This document shows, one piece after another, positions 48,098 through 57,971 of a stretch of DNA of 64,000 nt. How positions within the stretch are numbered: the first letter of the stretch is position 1; every line of letters begins with the position of its first letter. The notes under the pieces were generated by a model. The model was not told the origin of the DNA, did no database searches, and saw only the letters and a list, made by a program, of their open reading frames with translations. Origin of the DNA: Lactobacillaceae bacterium (GTDB taxonomy: Bacteria; Bacillota; Bacilli; Lactobacillales; Lactobacillaceae); the NCBI GenBank assembly GCA_031289015.1, contig JAITQG010000072.1, forward strand, positions 6,846 through 70,845. The letters run 5' to 3'. Made by a program: the position numbers and the translations under genes.

Positions 48098-48769
48098 TTA
48101 CATGAAGAACTGGACATTATGCAGATTTTCAATCGCTTGAATCTCTGCTAACGTCTCAGTGACATACGGTGTATCAACTTCGATAATCATGATTGCATTG
48201 TCACCCTTAGATTCACGGGTCACATTCATCTGCGCAATGTTAACTTCATGCCTTGAAAGAATGTTAGTGACTTGGGCAATGATGCCCGGCACATCTTGAT
48301 GCACGATGATGAAGGTCGGCACCCCCATTTGCAAGGCAATGCTAAAGCCGTTCAATTCAGTGACTTCAATGGCGCCACCTCCAATCGAAATCCCCGTGAC
48401 GCTCATTTTACGGGTGCCTTTTTGCAACACCAAGCGCGCGGTATTGGGATGATCAGCTTTATCTTCTTTATTGATAATGAAATTAATCGTTAATCCTAAT
48501 TCCTCAGCAATCGTTAATGCGTCTGATAAATGCGCATCGTTGGGTTCCATATCCAAAACCCCACCAACCAAAGCGACATCAGTCCCATGGCCGCGATATG
48601 TCTTGGCGAAACTTTCAAAAAGGTAAATATCGACTTTGTCAGGTAATTCACCAAAAATCGTGCGCGCAATTTTACCAATTCGCGCAGCCCCAGCGGTATG
48701 CGAGCTACTAGGCCCGACCATGATGGGTCCAATAATATCAAATACACTTTTATACTTTACGGCTTCCAT
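48098..48769 (-). CDS. sdaAB: L-serine dehydratase, beta subunit with ACT domain
   Basis: SVFDIIGPIMVGPSSSHTAGA, TYRGHGTD, SIGGG. Confidence 0.96.
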   Translation of the reverse strand: MEAVKYKSVFDIIGPIMVGPSSSHTAGAARIGKIARTIFGELPDKVDIYLFESFAKTYRGHGTDVALVGGVLDMEPNDAHLSDALTIAEELGLTINFIINKEDKADHPNTARLVLQKGTRKMSVTGISIGGGAIEVTELNGFSIALQMGVPTFIIVHQDVPGIIAQVTNILSRHEVNIAQMNVTRESKGDNAIMIIEVDTPYVTETLAEIQAIENLHNVQFFM

Positions 48770-48796
48770 ATGTTGCTCCTTTTTGCGGGGACGGCA

Positions 48797-50218
48797 TTAT
48801 GAGTCTGTTTGCGTGCCTAAGAGAATAAGCGATTCAGCAAAAATCGCCATGGACTTGGTGAGATTTTCCACCGGGGTACTTTCATTAGCTTGATGACTTG
48901 AAACTGGGACATCTGGGAATTGCCCACCAAAAGCCACCCCACGTTTGAGGAGGCGGGCATAAGATCCACCATTGGACGTCCGTGGTTGCCGATAAAACCC
49001 AGTTTGTTTGGCATAGACCAGTGATAAAGTACTGACCAAAATATCATCTTCAGGAACGTAATGTGGCGCTTGCCCAACACTTTCCTTTTCGATAATAACG
49101 GCTTGATTATTAACATTGTCAGTAATTCTTTGCATGATTTCATCAGCCGTAATCCCACGTGGATAGCGAATATTGAGCGTGATGGCCCCTTGCCCGTGAT
49201 TTGAATAACGCATCATGGCCACATTGAGTGTCAAATCACCCATCTCGGCATCGTTAAAGCGTAAGCCAAGTTGTGTGGCATACGGGTCGTCGTGAACCGT
49301 CACCCCAACAAAGTACAAGAACTTTTGCGCCGTGCCACCAAATGGATACTGCTGCAAGAAATTCGCGAGGTACGTACCGGCATTTTCACCGTCCTGAGGA
49401 TAGGCACCGTGCGCTTGCACCCCATACACCGTGAACGTCACGGTATCACCTTGCAACCGAGCATTGCCACGTAAAAATGGATACTGTTGTAAATACCCCG
49501 CAAAGTCGGCAATCACTTGCGCATTATCAATGGTACTAATTCGGGCACGCGCATCCCCAGGCAAGACATTTGGCCGGTTACCAGCGATAAATCGTTGCAA
49601 AACATAATCACCCGCTGATTCAGTCGGCATCCGCAAGCGAATCGTTTGAAAGCCTTTTTCGGCATTAATTACCGGAAAGGCGCCATCTGGTGAAAAGCCC
49701 ATCGTCGGTTCACCTTCTTGGGCGAAATAAGCAGGGATATCACGCCAACCAGTTTCTTCATCGGTCCCGATAATCAAGCGAATCTTGCGTTGCACGGGTA
49801 TATGATTGTCAGCTAGATACTTGAGCGCATAATACGCACTCATCAAATCAGCTTTCATGTCATGCGCACCACGGCCAAAGTAAAGGCCATTGAGGATTTC
49901 CGGTTTAAATGGATCTCGTGTCCAACCATCACCAGCGGCCACCACGTCAATGTGCGTTAAAATTCCAATTGTCTCACTGGCATCGACTGGGCCATATTCA
50001 ATCCACGTAACTTGATTGTCCACCCGCCCAAACAAAAAGCCATCGCGTTTGGCGAATTCTTCCATTTTAGCTAGAGCCCGGACCATATCCGAACCATACG
50101 GCGTTTGGGGACTCACCGTTTTGGGGTTCAGGACTGATGGGATACGAATAATTTGATTCAAATCATTAATTAATGCCGCTTCATACGGCTTAGTACGGTC
50201 AAACCAAGTAACCATCAT
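48797..50218 (-). CDS. pepV: M20 dipeptidase (PepV-like)
   Basis: HIDVV, GRGAHDMK, GTDEE, PDGAFP, HQANE. Confidence 0.85.
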   Translation of the reverse strand: MMVTWFDRTKPYEAALINDLNQIIRIPSVLNPKTVSPQTPYGSDMVRALAKMEEFAKRDGFLFGRVDNQVTWIEYGPVDASETIGILTHIDVVAAGDGWTRDPFKPEILNGLYFGRGAHDMKADLMSAYYALKYLADNHIPVQRKIRLIIGTDEETGWRDIPAYFAQEGEPTMGFSPDGAFPVINAEKGFQTIRLRMPTESAGDYVLQRFIAGNRPNVLPGDARARISTIDNAQVIADFAGYLQQYPFLRGNARLQGDTVTFTVYGVQAHGAYPQDGENAGTYLANFLQQYPFGGTAQKFLYFVGVTVHDDPYATQLGLRFNDAEMGDLTLNVAMMRYSNHGQGAITLNIRYPRGITADEIMQRITDNVNNQAVIIEKESVGQAPHYVPEDDILVSTLSLVYAKQTGFYRQPRTSNGGSYARLLKRGVAFGGQFPDVPVSSHQANESTPVENLTKSMAIFAESLILLGTQTDS

Positions 50219-50306
50219 CAGCCCTCCTCTCATTTTCTTTTAATTGTATCAATCTTTGCCGGCTTGGTAAACGAAAAAACCATTGCTGTTACCAACAACG
50301 GTTAGA

Positions 50307-51632
50307 TTATTTCTTATGGGCGAAATACCAATACACCGGTATCCCTAGTAGTACCCCAAAAATCGAAGCGAGCACTCCTGGTAAGTCACTAATTATCGTC
50401 GAACCCAATACGAACAGCGCACCAGAAATCGCAACAAGCGGCGTTAATGGAAAGAGTGGCGTTTTAAATAACGTTTCGACTTCATCAGGTTGTCTCTTAG
50501 CCTTGTGGCGCAAGATAAAGATACCAAAGAAAGCTGCCGTGTAAAAAATCCAAATGGTAAAAATAGCCATGTTCGACAACCGATCAGCCGAATTAGTGAA
50601 CACAATTAGCGCAATGGTCATCAACGTTAATGTGCTAATCGCATTAATCGGCTCGCGTGTTTTAGGATGTAATTTGCTGAGATAGTGTGGAAACAAGCCA
50701 TCATTGGCCATCGCATAGGCCATGCGCGGAAAGGCCATCATTTTACCATTCAAAGTGCCCCACATCGAAATTATAATGGCAATTGATAACGCCCGACCAC
50801 CAAAGACCCCAAAGGCTTCTTCGGCGACATAAAAAGTGGTATTGTCCCCCAATTTAGCAATTTGTTCAGCTGGCAAGGCGTGATAAACCCCTAACGTCAC
50901 CCCAACATAGGCAATCAATACTAACAGCAAGCCAAAAATAATTGACCGCGGCAAATCACGCTTAGGATTCTTTAATTCACCAGCTAAATTAGCCAACAAA
51001 ATCCACCCATCATAGGCAAATAACGTCGCCAAAATCGCCATTCCAAAGCTACCAGTATGCGTTGATGTCACAGCATTAAGCGTCGTACTAAAGGCGTTGA
51101 CTTGCCCAAAAAACAACCCATAGATGATCAATAATCCGATGGGAATTAATTTAATCGAAGTGGTAATGACTTGAAAGCTCGCGGTAATTCGATTGTCTAA
51201 CATGTTCAAGCCAGCAATCAAGATGACAAAGACTACGGCAATCCAGCGCGCTAAGCCAGTCGACACGCCTAAGAAATTGGCCGTCAAAAAAGCGGCATAT
51301 CCGGCAATTGAGGCAATTACAGCCGGTGCGTAGACAATCACTTGGACCCAGCCAGTTAAAAAGCCCAATAGTGGACCGTACAAAGTTTCAATATAACTGT
51401 ACATGCCACCCGTTTTAGGAATCCGGGCCCCAATTTCAGCAATCGTCAACCCGGCTGTCAACGTGATAATGCCCCCTGCAATCCACGCCAACAATCCCAC
51501 CGTGGGATTCCCGGCCGTTTGCAAGACGTTTGCTTGCTTGAAAAAGATCCCTGAACCAATGACGGTCCCAATTACCAAAGCCAAGCCTGAACTCAAGCCC
51601 ATCGTTCGTTTTAATTCAACCTTATTTTGCAT
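50307..51632 (-). CDS. APC-family amino acid permease (SteT-like)
   Basis: GTVIGSGIFFK, FAYDGW, about 12 TM. Confidence 0.88.
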   Translation of the reverse strand: MQNKVELKRTMGLSSGLALVIGTVIGSGIFFKQANVLQTAGNPTVGLLAWIAGGIITLTAGLTIAEIGARIPKTGGMYSYIETLYGPLLGFLTGWVQVIVYAPAVIASIAGYAAFLTANFLGVSTGLARWIAVVFVILIAGLNMLDNRITASFQVITTSIKLIPIGLLIIYGLFFGQVNAFSTTLNAVTSTHTGSFGMAILATLFAYDGWILLANLAGELKNPKRDLPRSIIFGLLLVLIAYVGVTLGVYHALPAEQIAKLGDNTTFYVAEEAFGVFGGRALSIAIIISMWGTLNGKMMAFPRMAYAMANDGLFPHYLSKLHPKTREPINAISTLTLMTIALIVFTNSADRLSNMAIFTIWIFYTAAFFGIFILRHKAKRQPDEVETLFKTPLFPLTPLVAISGALFVLGSTIISDLPGVLASIFGVLLGIPVYWYFAHKK

Positions 51633-51739
51633 CTTACTCCCCTTGCATCTGTGGTTTATAACAATTTATATTACAGAAAGTTAGTAATTAACTCAACAGA
51701 TACGAGTTACATTGACGCTTACACTTTTTAAATATATTC

Positions 51740-51784
51740 AAAAAAATACGAACCCCCGCCAGATTGCGCGTGGTTCGTATTTTT
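51740..51784 (-). terminator. Terminator after gnd
   Basis: AAAATACGAACC..GGTTCGTATTTT. Confidence 0.75.
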
Positions 51785-51800
51785 GATTTAAACTTTCACC

Positions 51801-53234
51801 TTAGGCTTCGTCATACCATGAGTAGTGGTACATCTCGCCGGCTGGCTTGTCAGTACGTTCGTAAGTGTGGGCACCAAAGTAATCACGTTGGGCTTGCACC
51901 AAGTTAGCAGGCAATACTTCTGAACGATATGAATCGAAGTATGCTACGGCTGCTGACAATGATGGTGCTGGAATTCCAGCTTGTACAGCCAACGCTACGA
52001 CGCGACGGGCTGAAGCTTGGTACTTCTCGGCGATTTCCTTGAAGTAACCGTCCAACAACAAGTTGTGCAAATCAGCATCAGCATCATAGGCGTCAGTGAT
52101 TCGTTGCAAGAAGCGGGCACGGATAATGGCTCCGGCACGCCACAATTGAGCTAATTCACCATATGGCAAATTCCAATCAAAGTTGTCTGAAGCCATCCGC
52201 AATTGGTCGAAACCTTGCGCGTATGACATGATCTTACCAAAGTACAAAGCTTCACGAATGTCTTCGATGGTAGCTTCTACATCACCCTCAAACTTGAAGT
52301 CCGGACCTTGCAATGCCTTTGAAGCGGCAACACGGTCATCCTTCATAGCTGAGATGTAACGAGCATACACTGATTCAGTGATCAATGATTGTGGAGCCCC
52401 GATTTCAAGAGCTGATTGTGATGACCACTTTCCAGTTCCCTTGTTACCAGCACGATCCAAAATCACGTCAACGATTGGCTTACCTGAACCCATATCGTCT
52501 TCACGCGTCAAAATATCAGCCGTGATTTCGATCAAATATGAATCCAATTCGCCTTCATTCCACTTAGCAAAGGTAGCTGACATCGCATCCTTGTCCAAGC
52601 CAATCACACGCTTCAACAAGTCGTATGATTCAGAAATCAATTGCATATCACCGTATTCGATACCATTATGTACCATCTTAACGTAGTGGCCAGCCCCATC
52701 AGGTCCGACGTACGTTACCGTTGGCTTACCATCTTCAGGTGCCTTGGCAGCGATTTCTTTGAGCAATGGATCAACCAAGTCATACGCAGCCTTTTGACCA
52801 CCTGGCATCATTGAAGGCCCTTGCAAGGCACCCAATTCACCACCAGAAACACCCATTCCAATAAAGTTGATGCCTGATTCGGCCAAGTGCTTTGAACGAC
52901 GAATTGTGTCTTCAAAGAATGTGTTTCCACCGTCAATCAAGATGTCACCCTTAGTCAAGAATGGCAACAATTCATCAATCACGGCGTCAGTTCCCTTACC
53001 AGCTTGCACCATCAACAAGATCCGGCGAGGGGTCTTGATTGAGTTTACAAAGTCCTCGATTGTATAACCAGGGACGAACTTCTTGTCAGCGTGAGTCGTA
53101 GCCAAATCTTCCGTTCGTTGTGCTGAACGGTTGTAAATAGCAACAGTATACCCGCGTGATTCAACGTTCAAAGCCAAATTACGACCCATTACGGCCAATC
53201 CGGCAACTCCAAAATCTGCACTTGCTGTAGTCAT
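51801..53234 (-). CDS. gndA: NADP-dependent 6-phosphogluconate dehydrogenase
   Basis: [35 protein letters not shown]; start set to MTTAS after GGAGG. Confidence 0.97.
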   Translation of the reverse strand: MTTASADFGVAGLAVMGRNLALNVESRGYTVAIYNRSAQRTEDLATTHADKKFVPGYTIEDFVNSIKTPRRILLMVQAGKGTDAVIDELLPFLTKGDILIDGGNTFFEDTIRRSKHLAESGINFIGMGVSGGELGALQGPSMMPGGQKAAYDLVDPLLKEIAAKAPEDGKPTVTYVGPDGAGHYVKMVHNGIEYGDMQLISESYDLLKRVIGLDKDAMSATFAKWNEGELDSYLIEITADILTREDDMGSGKPIVDVILDRAGNKGTGKWSSQSALEIGAPQSLITESVYARYISAMKDDRVAASKALQGPDFKFEGDVEATIEDIREALYFGKIMSYAQGFDQLRMASDNFDWNLPYGELAQLWRAGAIIRARFLQRITDAYDADADLHNLLLDGYFKEIAEKYQASARRVVALAVQAGIPAPSLSAAVAYFDSYRSEVLPANLVQAQRDYFGAHTYERTDKPAGEMYHYSWYDEA

Positions 53235-53280
53235 GTGTAAAGCCTCCATATGTTAATAGTTACTATTATACCGCAATGTA

Positions 53281-53294
53281 AGAAAACGTTTACA
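53281..53294. promoter_or_regulatory. Probable cre site over the gnd -35 region
   Basis: AGAAAACGTTTACA, one mismatch to cre; TATAAT on minus strand nearby. Confidence 0.5.
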
Positions 53295-53385
53295 ATTTTT
53301 CACACAAATCACAGAATGTTCATAATTCGCTACTATTAGTAAGTGGATTTGTTTGGTAGTGCTCTTTAAATGAGTTCGGGTTTGT

Positions 53386-53533
53386 TTAGCCGTTTCACGG
53401 CTAAGAATATCGGTTGGTGGTGAAAGGGGCTCCGCATTGCTGGCGTAGAAGGGGGCGACACGGTCCCTTCAACAGCACCAATGCGGAGCCCTTTCCCAAA
53501 CCAAACCCAAATTCCTAGCCGTGCAACGGCTAA
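53386..53533. repeat. ~150-bp imperfect palindromic element with a short REP-like palindrome at each end
   Basis: Left TTAGCCGTTTCACGGCTAA, right CTAGCCGTGCAACGGCTAA; ~55-bp imperfect terminal inverted repeats; GC-rich core. Confidence 0.75.
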
Positions 53534-53555
53534 GCAATCCAAGCACCAAACTACG

Positions 53556-53601
53556 AAAAAAAGACGGAAATGATGTATATCTACATCATCACCGTCTTTT
53601 T
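53556..53601 (-). terminator. Terminator after the 46-aa gene
   Basis: AAAAAGACGG-ATGATGTA..TACATCAT-CCGTCTTTTT. Confidence 0.8.
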
Positions 53602-53624
53602 AATGACAAGGTCCAAGTAAAAAA

Positions 53625-53765
53625 TTACTTAGCGGCGTCTAATTCAGCCTTACCCTTTGCCCATTGTTGGATGTTAACAGTCAATGCTTGACGCGCTGCC
53701 TTATTAGCATCATGGTTAACTGGACGTGCGCCAGCCCATGAGTTGTGTGGCTTTGTCTTTGCCAT
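53625..53765 (-). CDS. Unannotated 46-aa basic small protein
   Basis: MAKTKPHNSWAGARPVNHDANKAARQALTVNIQQWAKGKAELDAAK; GGAGGA RBS; TTGACT-17-TATACT promoter (53832-53804); own terminator. Confidence 0.8.
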   Translation of the reverse strand: MAKTKPHNSWAGARPVNHDANKAARQALTVNIQQWAKGKAELDAAK

Positions 53766-53833
53766 GGTTATTTCCTCCATCATTTGTTATCGATAACCAT
53801 ACTAGTATAACGACTTGTCAGCAGTAAGTCAAT

Positions 53834-54760
53834 CTACTTTCGCAAAAAGCCGACCCGCCAAAGCACCCAAAGCACCAAGCCCATCAACCAAACGCTCACT
53901 GCAAAGGTCAAAAGCCACCCAAGCGATGAGTGGCCCCAAGGCAAAGGCACATTTTGACCAAAGTAACCGTACACAATATTTGGCATCGTCAAAACAATTG
54001 ATGAAACCGTTAATACTTTCATCGTCCAGTTCAAATCGTTATTTGATAGGTTCGCATAACTTTCTGACACACTAGCCGTGACCTTTTGCGACAAATTACC
54101 CATATCCAAAGCCTGCGACAATTCAACCAACGCATCATCAACCCGTTCTTGTTGCAGCTGGGTTAATGGCATCGCTTTATTTTGTTTAAAATTGTTGAGC
54201 AAATCAATATCAGTTTCCAATGAATTCAATATGTAAATCAAGTCCGTTTGTAAATCCATTAATTCATCGATTTTACTTTGGACTTTGCGCACACGCCGAA
54301 TATCACGTTGAATCGGTGTTCGCCGGCGATTAATTTCTAACACGGCAGACAAATATTTGGCTGCTAACACCACGATGCTCTCAACAATCAGATTTACCGG
54401 ATCAGGCTTTGCAGCATCATGGCTACGTAACTCTTCGACGATTTGCTTTATGTACTCAGTGCCATACTGATTTTCTTGCCGCGTGAACGTCAACAAGTGG
54501 CTCTGATCATTATTAAACATAATTCCAAATGGTTCCGTTGTAGCAATTTGCGATGTTGGCGCAACAATATCAAAAATCATCAACGATAATTGATTGTCGG
54601 CATCATATTCCATCCGGGCGCTCTCATACGGGTCAATTGCATAATCAATCATTTCATTTGGAACATGAAATTCTTCATTCAAGCGCTTGCGATCAGCAGG
54701 TGTCATGTCATGCACCTGTGTCCACTCAAAACTATCAAAGGGGGTAATTGTTTTTAGCAT
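53834..54760 (-). CDS. corA: CorA-family Mg2+ transporter
   Basis: Cytoplasmic funnel plus two C-terminal TMs; GYFGQNV (variant of GMN motif). Confidence 0.85.
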   Translation of the reverse strand: MLKTITPFDSFEWTQVHDMTPADRKRLNEEFHVPNEMIDYAIDPYESARMEYDADNQLSLMIFDIVAPTSQIATTEPFGIMFNNDQSHLLTFTRQENQYGTEYIKQIVEELRSHDAAKPDPVNLIVESIVVLAAKYLSAVLEINRRRTPIQRDIRRVRKVQSKIDELMDLQTDLIYILNSLETDIDLLNNFKQNKAMPLTQLQQERVDDALVELSQALDMGNLSQKVTASVSESYANLSNNDLNWTMKVLTVSSIVLTMPNIVYGYFGQNVPLPWGHSSLGWLLTFAVSVWLMGLVLWVLWRVGFLRK

Positions 54761-54807
54761 GTTTATTCCCTCAACCTCATTTATTTACATGGTATAATTA
54801 AACCACT

Positions 54808-55122
54808 ATGGCAGATAAATATCCAACCGCAGAATTAATTGGCGTGGTGATGACCCAAACTAACAGTGGCCAGTTCATCCCGCAAAATCAACCCTTGACT
54901 CCCGCCGACTTTCATAGTTGGCGCATTGGCAAGCACACCAAAGGCAAGCCTGGGCAACCGGGGCAACTTTTTTTGACTGAAAACAATTTAACCGTCATGC
55001 TAGTTGCCACCAAAGCACTCCGGTTTCAAGACCGGCACGCTATCACTGTAATGGGCCGCTTTTTATCAACCCAAGCGGCCCCAGAAATTATCCAACAAGT
55101 CTTAGCCAAATATCAAAATTAA
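54808..55122 (+). CDS. Hypothetical protein
   Basis: 104-aa ORF with TATAAT promoter, divergent from corA. Confidence 0.7.
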   Translation: MADKYPTAELIGVVMTQTNSGQFIPQNQPLTPADFHSWRIGKHTKGKPGQPGQLFLTENNLTVMLVATKALRFQDRHAITVMGRFLSTQAAPEIIQQVLAKYQN

Positions 55123-55141
55123 GTGCTCTCGAGCGCTTTTT

Positions 55142-55666
55142 TTATTGCTCTACAAAATGTGTGAAGGCCAACCGATCCGTATTATCAATGACCATTTTGA
55201 CGATGCCATTATACGTAAAGCCGGTCTTTTCAACCACCCGTTGCATTGCATAATTATTAGCATGCGTATCAATCCGCACTTCACGATAGCCGGCTTGCAA
55301 AGCAACTTCAATCGCGGCTTGGACAAATTGGGTGCCGATGCCGCGCGTTTGCACATTAACGTCAGTGGCAATCCGGTGAATCGCGATATATTCACCAGTC
55401 GATTGGGGCAACCATGCGCCATCAATTTTGGCATAGTTCAAATCCGGGCCTGGCACCAAGGCCGCTAAACCAACCACTACGCCTTCTAATTCACCAACCC
55501 ATAAGTGTTCATTCTTAATGTCTACAGTAAAATCGGCCTCACTTGGGTAAGCACCCGTCCATTGTGGGTTCCCATTGGCATGCATTTTCTCTTTGGCTCC
55601 AGCGATAATCGCCGTAATGACGGGTATATCACTAGTTGTCGCCTTACGTAATTGTAAATCCATCAT
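55142..55666 (-). CDS. GNAT N-acetyltransferase
   Basis: IHRIAT..RGIGT, IDTHANNYAMQRVVEKTGF. Confidence 0.9.
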   Translation of the reverse strand: MMDLQLRKATTSDIPVITAIIAGAKEKMHANGNPQWTGAYPSEADFTVDIKNEHLWVGELEGVVVGLAALVPGPDLNYAKIDGAWLPQSTGEYIAIHRIATDVNVQTRGIGTQFVQAAIEVALQAGYREVRIDTHANNYAMQRVVEKTGFTYNGIVKMVIDNTDRLAFTHFVEQ

Positions 55667-55724
55667 AAATCTCCTGTAAAAGCAAAATAAACCCCGGCAG
55701 CCCGAAGTTTATCTATTAAATTCA

Positions 55725-57761
55725 TTAAAACGGTAATTTATTAGCGATTCGGGTGATCCGATCACCTAAAATTTCACCACCCAGATGCGTCTTTAAGGTC
55801 GCGACGCCATAAACCAGACCACCAATTATCACGCCCAAGAATAACAAGACGAGTTGGGTGACCCGGTTATCATTGACGAACAAGCCAGTCGTATAGACAA
55901 CGGGTGCCACCACGGCATACATGACGATGCTCCAAATCAAAATGGTCGTAAACGAGAACATAAAGCGACTCCAATTAGCTGGATAGCGCTTGACCAACCG
56001 ATAGACCGCAAAGCCCAAAGCAACCACAAAGCCTAGCATCGTCGAAACCAAGGGTCCCATTCCACTTAACCAGAGTGTTAATGGCACTTGTAGCACGGCT
56101 TTAACCACCAAAACGATGGCTAAAATATACAGGGTGAATTTCAGTTGACCAAGGCCTTGATAAATCGCTAAAACGACCATGTACAAACCAAATGCAATCC
56201 CGACATAACTTGCAAATTGCAAAATCAGCGTACCATTCACGACGTCTGTGTTGCCATAAAACAAGATGTAAAGTGGACGGGCCACGGCTGCCATCCCCAA
56301 GGTCGCTGGTACCATGACAAAGGCCAGCAAGCGGAAAGCATACGAAATTTGGGCACCGATGTTTTGCCGATTACCAACTGCATTAGCCTTCGCTAGCATT
56401 GGCAAAGCGGTTTCAGCCATCCCCACCGCCAGTGACACGGTAAGCATCACCAACTTGTTGGAATTAAAGGCAAATTGAGCAAACATATCTTGGACCGCAG
56501 TGGCAGAGACGTTCGTAAACGCCTTCATAATGTGAAAGAACGTGTATTGGTCAAAGACTTGCACCAATGAAATCGCTGACCCGGCCAAAATAATTGGCAA
56601 TGACTGCTTAGCCATTCGCAATAAGACGCTATCACCCTTTGAAAAATCATTGCCAGTTAAGACGTATTGACTCTCAAAGTAACCACGCCGCAGCCAGATT
56701 CCCACGAGCAACACAATAATCCCTGCTAGGGCACCCCAGAAGGCCGCAAAGGTTGATTCAACTACTGCGTCAACCCAATCACCATTGTGGCCCAACATGA
56801 TCCAGGCGGTCATTGAAAGCATATAGCCAACCCGCACGACTTGCTCGATAAATTGCGAGATAGCTGACAGGTCCATGAATTCAAAGCCTTGAACATAGCC
56901 CCGCAACATCGACAGAATCGGAATAATCAACACCGCGGCCGCTAGTGACTGTAAGACTGGCACTACATTGGGGTCGCCTTGTGATAAGACCCCGGCGCAC
57001 ATATACAAAACACCGGCAGCGGCAATTCCCATCGCGCCACCCAACAACATTGATTGTTGGAAAACACGTTTGACGCGGCCAAATTGTTGTTTGGCACTAT
57101 ATTCAGCAACCAAACGGGCCAACACATTGGGTAAGCCAGCTGTGGCAATCAACAAGAATACCGCATAAATTTGATAACCTTGCGCATACAGACTATTGGC
57201 TGAGGTCGTGTACATCAAGCCAATCATCATCGTCCACGGAATGATGTATAACGCCCCTAAGAACCGTGATGCCAGCGACCCAAGCGTCATCCACATCGAA
57301 CCACGCAACATCCGTGAATGGGCGTTGGCTTCTTCGAGTTTTCCTTGAATTGCTTGGCGTTCAGCTTGGTTAGTTAAGGCTTCTTCTGATACAACAAAAG
57401 TTTTCTTTTCTTCTGGCTTAACGCGATGATTAGCATAGTCATATGTATCATTTACTTCAGTGACCGTGATGCCATTAGTTTCTTCGTCGATTTCTTGTTC
57501 CACGATTTGGTCTAATTTAGCATCCAGTTCGCTATCTTTGACTTGTTCAGCTGCAATTTCTTGTTGAACTTCAGTCGGTTGTGGTTGTGGCTTTTCTACT
57601 GGCAGTTTTGGTGTCGGTACAACTGAATGGGTGGGCCGCACTGGACGTGGTTCATCACTTGGCGTCACATTGAGATCATTTAGGGCCGTGCCATTCAACA
57701 ACGCTTGTAAATCATCCATTGATAATTCGCCACGATATACACTTGATTCGTCGTTTTTCAT
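55725..57761 (-). CDS. murJ: MurJ/YtgP-type flippase (MOP family) with ~145-aa acidic N-terminal extension
   Basis: SRFLGALYIIPW, ATAGLP, LRGYVQG, SQFIEQVVRV. Confidence 0.8.
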   Translation of the reverse strand: MKNDESSVYRGELSMDDLQALLNGTALNDLNVTPSDEPRPVRPTHSVVPTPKLPVEKPQPQPTEVQQEIAAEQVKDSELDAKLDQIVEQEIDEETNGITVTEVNDTYDYANHRVKPEEKKTFVVSEEALTNQAERQAIQGKLEEANAHSRMLRGSMWMTLGSLASRFLGALYIIPWTMMIGLMYTTSANSLYAQGYQIYAVFLLIATAGLPNVLARLVAEYSAKQQFGRVKRVFQQSMLLGGAMGIAAAGVLYMCAGVLSQGDPNVVPVLQSLAAAVLIIPILSMLRGYVQGFEFMDLSAISQFIEQVVRVGYMLSMTAWIMLGHNGDWVDAVVESTFAAFWGALAGIIVLLVGIWLRRGYFESQYVLTGNDFSKGDSVLLRMAKQSLPIILAGSAISLVQVFDQYTFFHIMKAFTNVSATAVQDMFAQFAFNSNKLVMLTVSLAVGMAETALPMLAKANAVGNRQNIGAQISYAFRLLAFVMVPATLGMAAVARPLYILFYGNTDVVNGTLILQFASYVGIAFGLYMVVLAIYQGLGQLKFTLYILAIVLVVKAVLQVPLTLWLSGMGPLVSTMLGFVVALGFAVYRLVKRYPANWSRFMFSFTTILIWSIVMYAVVAPVVYTTGLFVNDNRVTQLVLLFLGVIIGGLVYGVATLKTHLGGEILGDRITRIANKLPF

Positions 57762-57789
57762 GTCATGCCCCTTTCTGGTTAATTTATTA

Positions 57790-57862
57790 TGACGCTACAC
57801 AGACTCGAACTGTGATCTAAGACTTAGGAGGTCCTTGTTTTATCCCGTTAAACTATGGCGCC
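57790..57862 (-). tRNA. tRNA-Arg(CCT)
   Basis: GGCGCCATAGTTTAACGGGATAAAAC; anticodon arm AGGAC-CT-CCT-AA-GTCTT; GTTCGA. Confidence 0.9.
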
Positions 57863-57971
57863 AGACGCTTTGCACATATTATTTATTATACACAACTTAC
57901 CTAACTTTTTGGCTACAACAACATATCAAAAAACGACCAAGTCAATTACTTGGTCGTTTTGGCTAATTCGC

